Of a stretch of 64,000 nt of DNA, positions 9,344-18,859 are shown piece after piece. Source of the stretch: an uncultured Erysipelotrichaceae bacterium (GTDB lineage Bacteria; Bacillota_I; Bacilli_A; RFN20; CAG-826); contig CADCDA010000001.1 of the NCBI GenBank assembly GCA_902800025.1, positions 88,288 to 152,287 of the forward strand, written 5' to 3'. The notes beneath the pieces were generated by a model, which made no database searches, was not told the origin of the DNA, and saw only the letters and a program-made list of their open reading frames with translations. Made by a program: the position numbers and the translations under genes. The stretch's first letter is position 1, and each line of letters starts with the position of its first letter.

Positions 9344-10462
9344 ATGACAGTAGAAAAAATCAATGAACTCATTATAAATATCCTCGGTGAAGGGGCAAAA
9401 ATCGACCACGAAATGTTAGGTGGTATGATGAATATGTCTTACCAAGTCGTAGACAAAAATGGTAAGAAATATATCCTTTATATTCCAACCGAACAAGCTA
9501 ATGAAATGGTGGACCGTGTTTTAGAAAAAGAGCACCAAAGAATCATTTACGAATTAGGTATCACAAGCAAGAATGTTTATTTCGATGAAAAGACCGGTAT
9601 TAAAATGAACGAATTTATCGAAGGAGATTCCATCAATAATATCGCTTCTTTTGATTATGATAAAATTGCTGCATTATTCAAAAAGTTACATAGCTCAATC
9701 ATGCTATCTAGAAAAGACTACGCTCCATTTACTAGATTTACTGAAATCTATGAAAAAGAAGCCCTTGAATTTAATAAAGAAATTTCTCCTTTATATACTG
9801 AATTAAGGGACTTCCTATTCGCTAAACGTGATTTTTTAGAGTCTCAACCACTCGTTTTATCTCATAACGACGCTCAAAGAAGTAACATTGTCAAAACTCC
9901 TAATGATGAATACTATTTTATCGATTTTGAGTTCGTTGGAAATAACGATCCAATTTATGATATTGCGGCCTTTGGTAACGGTTTAGTGTCCGAAGGAAGA
10001 AAATTATTAGAAAAATATTTTAACGGTAACCCAACTGATAATGAAATTAGAAGATACTATTTATGGAGAATCTACATTTCCTTGCAGTGGTATAACGTCG
10101 CCATCACTAAACATTATCGCGGAGAAGGTGAGAAACATGGTTTCAACTTCTTAGATGTCGCTACTCATTTCTTAAATAACGCCAAAGATGCTTATGATGG
10201 ATATCATCTAGAAATTAGAGATAAAGAAGTTGAAGATGACACTATCGCTTTAATCATCACCACCTTAGATAAAGTTAGACATTTCTTAAGAAAAGATGGA
10301 GGAGACTGTGAATTTGTTTCCTTTGAAAATGGAGTGGTCTATGTCAAAATGCAAGGAGCCTGCGAAGGTTGCTCATTCGCTTATAATGACATTAAAGATT
10401 TAGTGGAAGTCATCCTCCAAGAAGAAGTTCCTGGAGTAGTTGAAGTTCGACTCGCGGAGTAA
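9344..10462 (+). CDS. Choline/aminoglycoside-kinase-like phosphotransferase fused to a C-terminal Nfu/NifU-like Fe-S domain
   Basis: Residues 1-300 carry the Brenner motif HNDAQRSNIV and IDFEF (ChoK/APH fold). Residues 300-372 match the NifU C-terminal domain (DGGDCEFVSFENGVVYVKMQGACEGCS). Confidence 0.6.
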   Translation: MTVEKINELIINILGEGAKIDHEMLGGMMNMSYQVVDKNGKKYILYIPTEQANEMVDRVLEKEHQRIIYELGITSKNVYFDEKTGIKMNEFIEGDSINNIASFDYDKIAALFKKLHSSIMLSRKDYAPFTRFTEIYEKEALEFNKEISPLYTELRDFLFAKRDFLESQPLVLSHNDAQRSNIVKTPNDEYYFIDFEFVGNNDPIYDIAAFGNGLVSEGRKLLEKYFNGNPTDNEIRRYYLWRIYISLQWYNVAITKHYRGEGEKHGFNFLDVATHFLNNAKDAYDGYHLEIRDKEVEDDTIALIITTLDKVRHFLRKDGGDCEFVSFENGVVYVKMQGACEGCSFAYNDIKDLVEVILQEEVPGVVEVRLAE

Positions 10463-10463
10463 T

Positions 10464-10538
10464 TGGGGTATAGCCAAGTGGAAAGGCATCTGGCTCTGAA
10501 CCAGACATTCCTTGGTTCGAATCCAAGTACCCCAGCCA
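10464..10538 (+). tRNA. tRNA-Gln (anticodon CTG)
   Basis: Acceptor TGGGGTA/TACCCCA, anticodon loop CTCTGAA, T-loop TTCGAAT, encoded CCA. It starts 2 nt after the upstream stop codon. Confidence 0.8.
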
Positions 10539-10540
10539 AA

Positions 10541-10576
10541 CAAAAAATAAACAGAAGCAATTGCTTCTGTTTTTTG
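10541..10576. terminator. Bidirectional rho-independent terminator
   Basis: Hairpin ACAGAAGCAA-TTGCTTCTGT between an A-run and a T-run. It would terminate the + unit (CDS plus tRNA-Gln) and the minus-strand IMPase gene. Confidence 0.75.
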
Positions 10577-10582
10577 ATATTT

Positions 10583-11377
10583 TTACTTAAGTAAATTTTC
10601 TTTTCTATTAACTACGATGTAACCGTTTCTATTATAGACATCTTCGCGGTTATAGGTAATTTCTTTGCCGTTTGGTTCAACGAATATTCCACCTGCTTCA
10701 GTAACGATAATTTGACACGCTGCAGTGTCCCATTCTTTCGTGTTAGGCGAAGAACGGAAAGTAATTTCTGCTAATCCATGAGCGATTGCACATGGCTTAA
10801 GTGAACTGCCCTTTTTCATTACGTGTTTAATGACATCGCTATGCCTTTCAATAAACTCTTCTTCATCCTTAGTAAAATGGAAGACAGAGGTGAGCATTGT
10901 TAAGTCGTTTATTTTATCATTTACGTGGATTCTTATAGGGTTTTCGCCTAATTTTTGATAAAATGCGCCATTGCCTAAACTTGCGAAATATAACTCATCA
11001 AGAGCAGGAGCAACAACGACTCCAACAACTAGTTTATGTTTATAGCTTAAGGCGATGTTCGTTGTGAATTGACCGTCTTTAGCAACGAAATCTTTCGTTC
11101 CATCAACTGGATCAACAATCCACACAAAGTCATTTTTAAGTCTATCCAAATTATCGGTGCTTTCTTCGGTTAGAAAGGCATGAGTAGGAAAGGCTTTATG
11201 TAAGTGTTCACGAATGATTTGATCAGCAGCCTTATCAGCGTTAGTAACTGGAGAATTATCTTCTTTGATTTCAACATCAAAGCCTTTGTTATAAATCTCC
11301 ATGATTTTATCTTTGGCTTTTAAGCCAGCTTTAATCGCTTCTTGTAATTCTTTTTCCCACATAATTATTCTCTCCAT
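10583..11377 (-). CDS. Inositol monophosphatase / 3'(2'),5'-bisphosphate nucleotidase family protein
   Basis: IMPase-fold motifs VWIVDPVDGT and WDTAA. Confidence 0.75.
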   Translation of the reverse strand: MERIIMWEKELQEAIKAGLKAKDKIMEIYNKGFDVEIKEDNSPVTNADKAADQIIREHLHKAFPTHAFLTEESTDNLDRLKNDFVWIVDPVDGTKDFVAKDGQFTTNIALSYKHKLVVGVVVAPALDELYFASLGNGAFYQKLGENPIRIHVNDKINDLTMLTSVFHFTKDEEEFIERHSDVIKHVMKKGSSLKPCAIAHGLAEITFRSSPNTKEWDTAACQIIVTEAGGIFVEPNGKEITYNREDVYNRNGYIVVNRKENLLK

Positions 11378-12315
11378 TCGGCAAGAGTGTTATCAAGGTC
11401 TTTAAGAATATCATCAATGACACCATAATCTAGGCTCTTGAGTTGGGCTCCACTAGCGTGAGCGTGGCCACCACCACCAACACGGACAGCGCATGGTTGA
11501 ATCTCTGGTCCATTACTTCTGATTTCGACTCTGACTCTACCATCATCGTATTCAGCAAATGAGCACCAAATTGGATATCCTTCAATGTTTCCTAATAAAT
11601 TGACGTTATTACTAGCGGCGTTAGCAGATAATTTGAGTCTATGTAGTTTCTCTTTAGAGTAGATGATATAGATGACGCCACCTTTGGTTTTCTTATAGTG
11701 AGTCATGATATATCCTCTAGCAGAAACTGATCTCTCATCTGTTTTCGCTAATATGGTGTTAAGTAGTTCGATATTCGCACCGTGATCGGCGAGATATTTT
11801 GCTCTTTCAAATGTTTGTGAATAATTGGTGACAAATTGGAATTTCGCACTATCGGTGACTGTTCCTAAATATAAAGCTGTGGCTCCTAGAGGACTAATAT
11901 CAACTCCAAGTTCCATAGCCATACCTGTAATCATGTCACATGTCGAGTTTGCAGCAGTATCAACAACTTGTGGTCCTTCTGTAAACATTAATGTATCGAT
12001 ATGATGGTCAATTTTAGCCCAAGCTTTACAGTTGAAGATTCTAGAATCTTCCATTCTAGGTAAATCATTTCCATCAACAAGTATCGCAAGCGAATTAGAA
12101 ATAATGTCATCCCCAATTTTATCCATAGATGGAAGTATTGAGAAAAACCTCGGGCATCCAGTTCCAGTTATATAAACTTTCTTATTTGGATAAAGGGCGT
12201 GAATAAGTTCCCTTAATCCAACTTGAGCCCCGTAGCAATCGCCATCAGGATTAATGTGTCCAAATATAACGATTGAGTCGTATTTTTCAATAAGCTCAAC
12301 TATTTGTTCAAACAT
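11365..12315 (-). CDS. nrnA: DHH/DHHA1 phosphoesterase (nanoRNase/pAp phosphatase NrnA-like)
   Basis: N-terminal DHH motifs (GHINPDGD, DHH) and a C-terminal DHHA1 domain with a GGGH motif. Confidence 0.8.
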   Translation of the reverse strand: MFEQIVELIEKYDSIVIFGHINPDGDCYGAQVGLRELIHALYPNKKVYITGTGCPRFFSILPSMDKIGDDIISNSLAILVDGNDLPRMEDSRIFNCKAWAKIDHHIDTLMFTEGPQVVDTAANSTCDMITGMAMELGVDISPLGATALYLGTVTDSAKFQFVTNYSQTFERAKYLADHGANIELLNTILAKTDERSVSARGYIMTHYKKTKGGVIYIIYSKEKLHRLKLSANAASNNVNLLGNIEGYPIWCSFAEYDDGRVRVEIRSNGPEIQPCAVRVGGGGHAHASGAQLKSLDYGVIDDILKDLDNTLAEWRE

Positions 12316-12320
12316 TTGGA

Positions 12321-12719
12321 TTAAAATTCATCTCCTTCAGAAGATTCTTCTTTTTCTTCGTCTGATTCTTCTTCACTAGATTCATCATTAGTGGTTTCGT
12401 CGAACATTCTGTTGTATTCAACTTCGTCGTCTTCTTCACTATCTTCGTCACTTGTTTGGACATCACTATAGACATCTCTCATATCAATATGGACTTTATC
12501 AAAAGTATGTCTTTCTCTTAAATCCCATTCGTTTTCACCTAAGGTGACAAATCTGCCATCGAGCATCATGTTGGTAAAGAATTGACCAGCTTTTTTATTA
12601 GCTTCTTCTTCACTTAAACCACTTTGTTCTTTGACATATTCCCAAATTTGGGAAAAGTTGACTGATGATTCGTGACTAGCAACGAACTCATATGCAATTT
12701 CAATTAATGATTTAGACAT
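12321..12719 (-). CDS. rpoE: DNA-directed RNA polymerase delta subunit
   Basis: N-terminal HARE-HTH-like region followed by a highly acidic D/E/S tail, characteristic of Firmicute RpoE. Confidence 0.8.
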   Translation of the reverse strand: MSKSLIEIAYEFVASHESSVNFSQIWEYVKEQSGLSEEEANKKAGQFFTNMMLDGRFVTLGENEWDLRERHTFDKVHIDMRDVYSDVQTSDEDSEEDDEVEYNRMFDETTNDESSEEESDEEKEESSEGDEF

Positions 12720-12736
12720 TTGTGTGTCTCCTTTCT

Positions 12737-14356
12737 CTACATCTTTTCAGGGGCGGATACGCCGACCAAGTAAAGTGCATTCTTTAATACAATTTTGCTA
12801 GCTAAGCATAAACCTAATCTAGCTGAGGTAACTTCTATGTTATCTCGATCTATAACTCGGCATTCAGTGTAGAAAGCATGAACTTTTTCTGCTAACTCGT
12901 GAATGTAGTTAGTAATTTTATAAGGTGCTTTTTCTTTAGAAGCAATTTTCACTACGTCTTCAAAAGAAGCAAGCTTCTTTGCGAGCTCTAACTCGCTAAA
13001 TTCTTTTAATAAAGAACCGGTTTCATCAATTTTAATATCAGAAGCACTATTTAAAACTGATGATAATCTCGCATGAGCGTACTGAGCGTAATAAACTGGG
13101 TTATCACTACTTTGTTTAACTGCAAGGTCTAAATCAAAGTCGAGATGGCCACTAGCAGCTCTCATAACAAAGAAATATCTAGCTGCATCAACACCCGCGT
13201 CTTCACATAGTTCTCTTAATGTATAACCATTGCCTGTTCTCTTAGAGAGTTTGAATTCTTTTCCGTCTTTCATCATCCTCACCATTTGAATGAGTTCGAT
13301 ATCAAGAACGTCTTGGCTATATCCGTGCATCATGAGTGCGCTCTTCATACGATTAATGTATCCGTGATGGTCAGCGCCTAAAACGTCGATGAGTTTATCA
13401 AAACCACGAGATAATTTATTGACGTGATAAACGATATCAGGCATGAAATAAGTGTATTCACCATTAGATTTAACGATGACACGATCTTTGTCATCTAAGA
13501 AATCAGTAGTTCTTAATACTTTTGCACCACCATCGAGGTAGATATGGTCTTTAAGATATTCAATTTCTTTTTCAACTGCGCCATTAGCTCTAATCGCTTT
13601 TTCGCTACTAAAAACATCGAAAACAATATTGAATGTTTTGAGGTCTTCTCTAATCTTTTCAAGCTCTAATTCTTGGCCAACAAGCTTAAAGAACTCAAGT
13701 GGATTGTCTTTTTCAAGTAATTTATCGCCATACTTTTCGCGGATCTTTTTAGCGATGATTTTAACATCTTCACCATGGTATCCATCTTCTGGCAGATTAA
13801 ATGGTAACCCAAGATCTTCTTTATATCTTTCAATAAGCGACTCACCTAAATGATCAATTTGATTGCCAGCGTCATTAATATAGTATTCTCTAGTGACATC
13901 ATAACCATCGAAATCTAAGATTCTACTAATCGCATCTCCAATAGCGGCCCCTCTAGCGTGACCGACATGAAGATCGCCCGTTGGGTTAGCAGAAACGAAT
14001 TCCACATTGACCTTCTCGTTTTTCTTAGCGGATCGACCAAAGTTGTCGTTTTCTTTAATAATGCGTTGAACAATTCCAGTGATACTATCATTTTTCATAT
14101 AGAAATTAATGAAACCTGGACCCGCAATTTCAATATGGTCAATTTGGTCTTTGCTGATTTTATCAACAATTAAACCAGCAACATCTCGAGGAGATTTGCC
14201 AAAAACTCTCGCTAGTTTCATTGCGACATTGGTCGCATAGTCACCATGAGTTGGATCTTTAGAGTTCTCAACGACAATTTCGTTAAGATCTAAATCCACT
14301 CCTAGTTCCTTAAGAGCGAGTTGAATATTTTGTTTTAATAAATCTCTGATTTCCAT
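12737..14356 (-). CDS. argS: Arginine--tRNA ligase
   Basis: 539 aa class I aminoacyl-tRNA synthetase with a HIGH-like PTGDLHVGH motif and an ArgRS anticodon-binding C-terminus. Confidence 0.92.
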   Translation of the reverse strand: MEIRDLLKQNIQLALKELGVDLDLNEIVVENSKDPTHGDYATNVAMKLARVFGKSPRDVAGLIVDKISKDQIDHIEIAGPGFINFYMKNDSITGIVQRIIKENDNFGRSAKKNEKVNVEFVSANPTGDLHVGHARGAAIGDAISRILDFDGYDVTREYYINDAGNQIDHLGESLIERYKEDLGLPFNLPEDGYHGEDVKIIAKKIREKYGDKLLEKDNPLEFFKLVGQELELEKIREDLKTFNIVFDVFSSEKAIRANGAVEKEIEYLKDHIYLDGGAKVLRTTDFLDDKDRVIVKSNGEYTYFMPDIVYHVNKLSRGFDKLIDVLGADHHGYINRMKSALMMHGYSQDVLDIELIQMVRMMKDGKEFKLSKRTGNGYTLRELCEDAGVDAARYFFVMRAASGHLDFDLDLAVKQSSDNPVYYAQYAHARLSSVLNSASDIKIDETGSLLKEFSELELAKKLASFEDVVKIASKEKAPYKITNYIHELAEKVHAFYTECRVIDRDNIEVTSARLGLCLASKIVLKNALYLVGVSAPEKM

Positions 14357-14398
14357 GTGAATATTTCATTATACTTATTACTAATAAATTAGCAATAA

Positions 14399-14878
14399 TT
14401 ATTTTCTTCTAAGTAATACGATCGACGAAGCTTCAATCGCCTCTCCTTGACCGACCCCACCAAAGCCTTCGTTAGTGCCGGCCTTGATAGATACTTGTCC
14501 TATATCGACTTTTAAAAGTTTGGCAACGTTTTCTCTCATCGCTATGATATGGTCTTTTAATTTTGGTTTTTCTAAAGAAACAAAGATATCAACATTATTA
14601 ACTTGGTATCCTTTGTCTTCCATCATCTTAACGACTTTAGAAACGATAACACTACTATCCATGTTTAATGTTTCATTAGATGTATCTGGAAAATGCTTTC
14701 CTAAATCGCCTAATGCAAGCGCGCCTAAAATAGATTCCGCTAAAGCGTGATATAAAACATCACCATCACTATGAGCGAGTTCTCCTTTTTCAAAAGGGAC
14801 AACCACACCACCAATGATGAGTTTTCTATTTTCTACTAAACGATGAATATCTTTGCTAAATCCAATACGGTAGTCCAT
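14399..14878 (-). CDS. ispF: 2-C-methyl-D-erythritol 2,4-cyclodiphosphate synthase
   Basis: 159 aa with IspF motifs (IGFSKDIHRL, SDGDVLYHA). Overlaps ychF by 1 nt. Confidence 0.88.
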   Translation of the reverse strand: MDYRIGFSKDIHRLVENRKLIIGGVVVPFEKGELAHSDGDVLYHALAESILGALALGDLGKHFPDTSNETLNMDSSVIVSKVVKMMEDKGYQVNNVDIFVSLEKPKLKDHIIAMRENVAKLLKVDIGQVSIKAGTNEGFGGVGQGEAIEASSIVLLRRK

Positions 14879-15993
14879 TATTTTTTACCTGAAACATTAA
14901 ATTTGAAGAACATGATATCTCCATCTTTTGGAAAATATCCTCTTCCTTCAGTACGTAGTTTACCCGCTTCTTTAACCGCAGCTTCTGTTCCTAATTCATG
15001 TATTGCGTCATATGGATACACTTCTGCGCATATGAAGCCTCTTTCAAAGTCGGTATGAATGATACCAGCACAGTTAGGGGCGCTCATTCCATTTTTAAAT
15101 GTCCATGCACGACATTCATCAGCTCCGACAGTGAAGAATGTAGATAAATTTAATAATTTATATGTGGCTTTAATTAATCTAGAAAGACCACTATCACTAA
15201 TTCCTAAATCTTTTAAGAATTCGGCACGATCTTCCTTTGGAAGCTCTGATAATTGAGATTCAATTTCACAGCTTACAGGAATAACTTCATTGCCTTCTTT
15301 GGAAGCATATTCTTTAACTTTGTTATATAACTCACAGTTATCGATATCGATAAGATCCTCTTCGCCAACATTAGCGACATAAATAATCGATTTTTTAGTT
15401 AATAAATGATAATTCTTAACAACTTCTTCTTGTTCACTATTAAGGGAAACTGTTCTAGCGGCAAATCCTTGTTCAAGAGCTTCTTTTAAAGGAGATAACG
15501 CGGACATTTCTAAAACAGACTCTTTATCTTTTAAGATACGGGCTTTGTTCTCAATCTTTTCAATTCTTTTCGTGACAGTATCAAGATCAGCCATAACGAG
15601 TTCAAGATTAATGACTTCGATATCTCTAATCGGATCAACATCACCTTCAACGTGGATGATATCTGCGTTTTTGAAACATCTAACTACTTCAACAATCGCA
15701 TCGCATTCACGAATATGCGATAAGAACTGGTTTCCTAATCCTTCGCCTTTAGAAGCCCCTCTAACTAAACCAGCAATATCATAAAATTCAATTGTCGCTG
15801 GAATAGTTCTTTCAGGTTTAAAGACATTCACTAAAAAATCAAGTCTTTCATCTGGAACCGCTACCACTCTTGTGTTTGGGTTAATTGTCGCAAACGGATA
15901 ATTTGCAGCCTCAACATGCGAATTAGTAATCGCATTAAAAAGAGTAGATTTTCCTACGTTTGGTAATCCAACTATGCCTGCTTTTAATCCCAT
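14878..15993 (-). CDS. ychF: Ribosome-binding ATPase YchF
   Basis: Obg-family GTPase motifs (GLPNVGKST), plus a C-terminal TGS domain. Confidence 0.92.
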   Translation of the reverse strand: MGLKAGIVGLPNVGKSTLFNAITNSHVEAANYPFATINPNTRVVAVPDERLDFLVNVFKPERTIPATIEFYDIAGLVRGASKGEGLGNQFLSHIRECDAIVEVVRCFKNADIIHVEGDVDPIRDIEVINLELVMADLDTVTKRIEKIENKARILKDKESVLEMSALSPLKEALEQGFAARTVSLNSEQEEVVKNYHLLTKKSIIYVANVGEEDLIDIDNCELYNKVKEYASKEGNEVIPVSCEIESQLSELPKEDRAEFLKDLGISDSGLSRLIKATYKLLNLSTFFTVGADECRAWTFKNGMSAPNCAGIIHTDFERGFICAEVYPYDAIHELGTEAAVKEAGKLRTEGRGYFPKDGDIMFFKFNVSGKK

Positions 15994-16069
15994 CTTAATA
16001 CATCCTTTTGATTTATATCAAAGTATATTATACGCATTAAGGCCTCTTTTACAAAGAGAAAAATACATT

Positions 16070-18859
16070 TTACTGTAAACACTCAATCGCATTAAGTTTC
16101 GAGATTTTTCTCGAAATGAGTAAAGAACTAAGTAAAGATATCGTTAGAGCGACACCAATCATATATAAAAGTGAAAGAGGATTTAGTACGAACACAGATT
16201 CAACGTATAAAAGTTCAGACATCGTTTTTGATAAGACTATAGAGACAACAAGCAACTCAATAGATGAGAAAACAAACGAAAGTCCAGTCATCATTAATGA
16301 ATGAAAATAGACGAATTTTCGACTCTCTTTTTCTTTAACTCCTAAGCATCTTACAAGTCCGATATCTTTCTTAATCTCCATAAAATGGAGGTAGTTACAA
16401 ATAAAAAGAATAAGAGCCGCGATTATGACACTTGTAACAGAAACAATTAGCATAATGGTTTCGATATATCCACAAATCTTATCAACGCTATCTTTGACAT
16501 CTTTTAAGGGAGCATTAACTGATAACTGTGGAAACGCCCGATTTAGTTTTTGAATAATTGCCTCTTCATTTCCTTCATCAATTCTAATTGCGAGATTATT
16601 TATTCTTAATTCAAATGTCGATATTCCTAACATCGCTTGGAAAAAGAGAATCGACCAAGACTCGTGATGAGAAATTGAAAGTTTACCACTATCAGTTATA
16701 CCGACTATTTTTAAAGGTGCAATTTCAAATTCTCTGGTCACATATCCATTCGCTAATAAGTTCTCCTTAATTGGGAAAGAGAGATAGATAAACTTATTGA
16801 GCGGATCATTAATTTCTAATCGATTTGCTAGACTACTACTGATGAGGATTTCTTGAAAATTAGCGGGTTCCCTACCTGTTAACAAAGAATAATGTGGCTC
16901 AAACACAAATCCATTCAGACTGCTTTTTGAGAAATGCCCTTCTAATATTTCATCTGGTACATTTACATTTAATGAGTCCTCATATTTGATATAAGACATA
17001 TTATCGTTAATGTCCCAAATATATTCTTCTTTATTGGATAAATATGTCATCCTAGAAAAGCCCATCATGAGGCTTTGTTCATAAATAGAATAGCCGACAT
17101 TACTTCCATAAGTTACTTCATACACCCCTTTAGTGGTCTTTTTACAATAATCACCGATAAAAGAAGGAATATCATCCTTATTAGTGCGATGAATCATCAT
17201 CACTCTTGGACAGTGATATGTTTCTATATCCTCATATAAAATTGGATAATATTTTTTATCAAGTATTTCAAAATCGATATCTTCATTTTCTAAAGAAAAT
17301 CTATTATCCATTAAAAAGGCATCTCTACCACTAGAGAAATTCATATAGAAAGATTTGATTAACGCCCAAGGATATTCGCTATTTATATTAATGTTTTTTG
17401 TCGATGGCAAATGAGCTTCGTTTTCAAGCATATATTCATTCCATATTGGATTGGAATGGTAGATAAGTGTTTTACTTGATAAGACAAACGATTTTAAACT
17501 CAATGGAATTCGGACTTCATATTCCCAGTTTTCATTTGCTAAACAAAATAAAAGATTTAGACCATTATTCTCGATATAGTTTGATAAAGATTTGACCGTT
17601 CTTGCTATTCCAAGCTGATAACATAGTTCATTAATTGTCAGCATCGGCATTGACAAAACTACCTCATTATCTTGTAGGGAATCCACTGTTTTTGGGTATT
17701 GATCTCCTTGGATGTTTTCTAATAATTCAAATTCATTTATGTGTTCAGCGTTAAAAGATCCAATGGGTCTAGTAACATCTGTATCAATTGATAGGAAGTT
17801 ATCTGTTGGAAACAAATATCCAGTGTTCCAATAATAGACTCCTATCCGACTAATACCTTTGTTATACTTAACTATTTCATTTACTTCACTATAAGTGGCC
17901 GAGGTGATTATATCTCTATTTGTTGTTGGGTTTTTCGATGAAACAACAAGTTTATCGCTATCGATGATTGCAGAATAGCTTCTGTACATATTAGTAGAGA
18001 TTATATCTCTAAGTGTGCTTGCTAATCCTACTCCAATTAACCCTAACGATGTAGATAGACTAATAAAAGCTGTCCTCCATTTTCTTCTTTTGATGGAATT
18101 AACCGTGTGATTAAACAAAAACTTAAAAGGCAAACTTTTCTTTTTATCATCATATTTAAGATCAATGATTGGCAAATACTCTTTATGAGGGTTGCGATTT
18201 TGATAATAATCTCCAATGGCTCTGCCATCTTTCATTTTGATTATTCTGTCCGCGTATTTTTTAGTTAATCCTTCATCATGGCTAACCATCACCACTAAAG
18301 AAAAAGCACTAACTTTTTTAAGTATTTCCATTACTATCTCGCTATTTTTATCATCCAAATTGCCAGTTGGTTCATCAGCGAGTAATAAAGAAGGGGAATT
18401 CGCTATTGCCCTAGCAATCGCCACTCTTTGTTTTTCTCCTCCGCTCAAATTTGATACCGGCTCATTAATTTTATGTAGGAGTCCCACTAATTTAAGTAGG
18501 TCTTCAACTCTTTTTGCTTTTTTAGCCTCCTTATCAACACCACATAAATTAATCGAAAGAAGAATGTTTTCTTTAACAGTTTCAAATTCAAATAGTTTAT
18601 AGTCTTGAAAGACAAATCCAATCTTTTTATTTCTTAACGTTTCTTTTTCTTTTTCACTCATTTGGCTATATTTTCTTCCGTCAAACACAATGTCACCCTT
18701 AAAGTCCATCAAAGATGACAGGATGTTTAAAAGAGTTGTCTTGCCACATCCGGAAGGACCATTAATAATAACTAAACCATATCGGGGGAGTCTTTTAGAA
18801 AAATTAGACAATACTTTTCTACCATCAAATTCCTTGGTGACATTTTCAATTCGTATCAT
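16070..18859 (-). CDS. Fused ABC ATP-binding/FtsX-type permease (MacB-like) with a roughly 500-aa extracytoplasmic domain
   Basis: N-terminal NBD (GPSGCGKTT, LSGGEKQRVAIARA, LLADEPT), one TM, a large ectodomain, and a C-terminal 3-TM FtsX-like bundle. Confidence 0.8.
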   Translation of the reverse strand: MIRIENVTKEFDGRKVLSNFSKRLPRYGLVIINGPSGCGKTTLLNILSSLMDFKGDIVFDGRKYSQMSEKEKETLRNKKIGFVFQDYKLFEFETVKENILLSINLCGVDKEAKKAKRVEDLLKLVGLLHKINEPVSNLSGGEKQRVAIARAIANSPSLLLADEPTGNLDDKNSEIVMEILKKVSAFSLVVMVSHDEGLTKKYADRIIKMKDGRAIGDYYQNRNPHKEYLPIIDLKYDDKKKSLPFKFLFNHTVNSIKRRKWRTAFISLSTSLGLIGVGLASTLRDIISTNMYRSYSAIIDSDKLVVSSKNPTTNRDIITSATYSEVNEIVKYNKGISRIGVYYWNTGYLFPTDNFLSIDTDVTRPIGSFNAEHINEFELLENIQGDQYPKTVDSLQDNEVVLSMPMLTINELCYQLGIARTVKSLSNYIENNGLNLLFCLANENWEYEVRIPLSLKSFVLSSKTLIYHSNPIWNEYMLENEAHLPSTKNININSEYPWALIKSFYMNFSSGRDAFLMDNRFSLENEDIDFEILDKKYYPILYEDIETYHCPRVMMIHRTNKDDIPSFIGDYCKKTTKGVYEVTYGSNVGYSIYEQSLMMGFSRMTYLSNKEEYIWDINDNMSYIKYEDSLNVNVPDEILEGHFSKSSLNGFVFEPHYSLLTGREPANFQEILISSSLANRLEINDPLNKFIYLSFPIKENLLANGYVTREFEIAPLKIVGITDSGKLSISHHESWSILFFQAMLGISTFELRINNLAIRIDEGNEEAIIQKLNRAFPQLSVNAPLKDVKDSVDKICGYIETIMLIVSVTSVIIAALILFICNYLHFMEIKKDIGLVRCLGVKEKESRKFVYFHSLMMTGLSFVFSSIELLVVSIVLSKTMSELLYVESVFVLNPLSLLYMIGVALTISLLSSLLISRKISKLNAIECLQ

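Noticed and set aside
14357-14398. T-box leaders upstream of argS and lysS
   Set aside because: The upstream intergenic regions are only 42 and 63 nt, too short for a T-box riboswitch. No specifier or antiterminator motifs are present.
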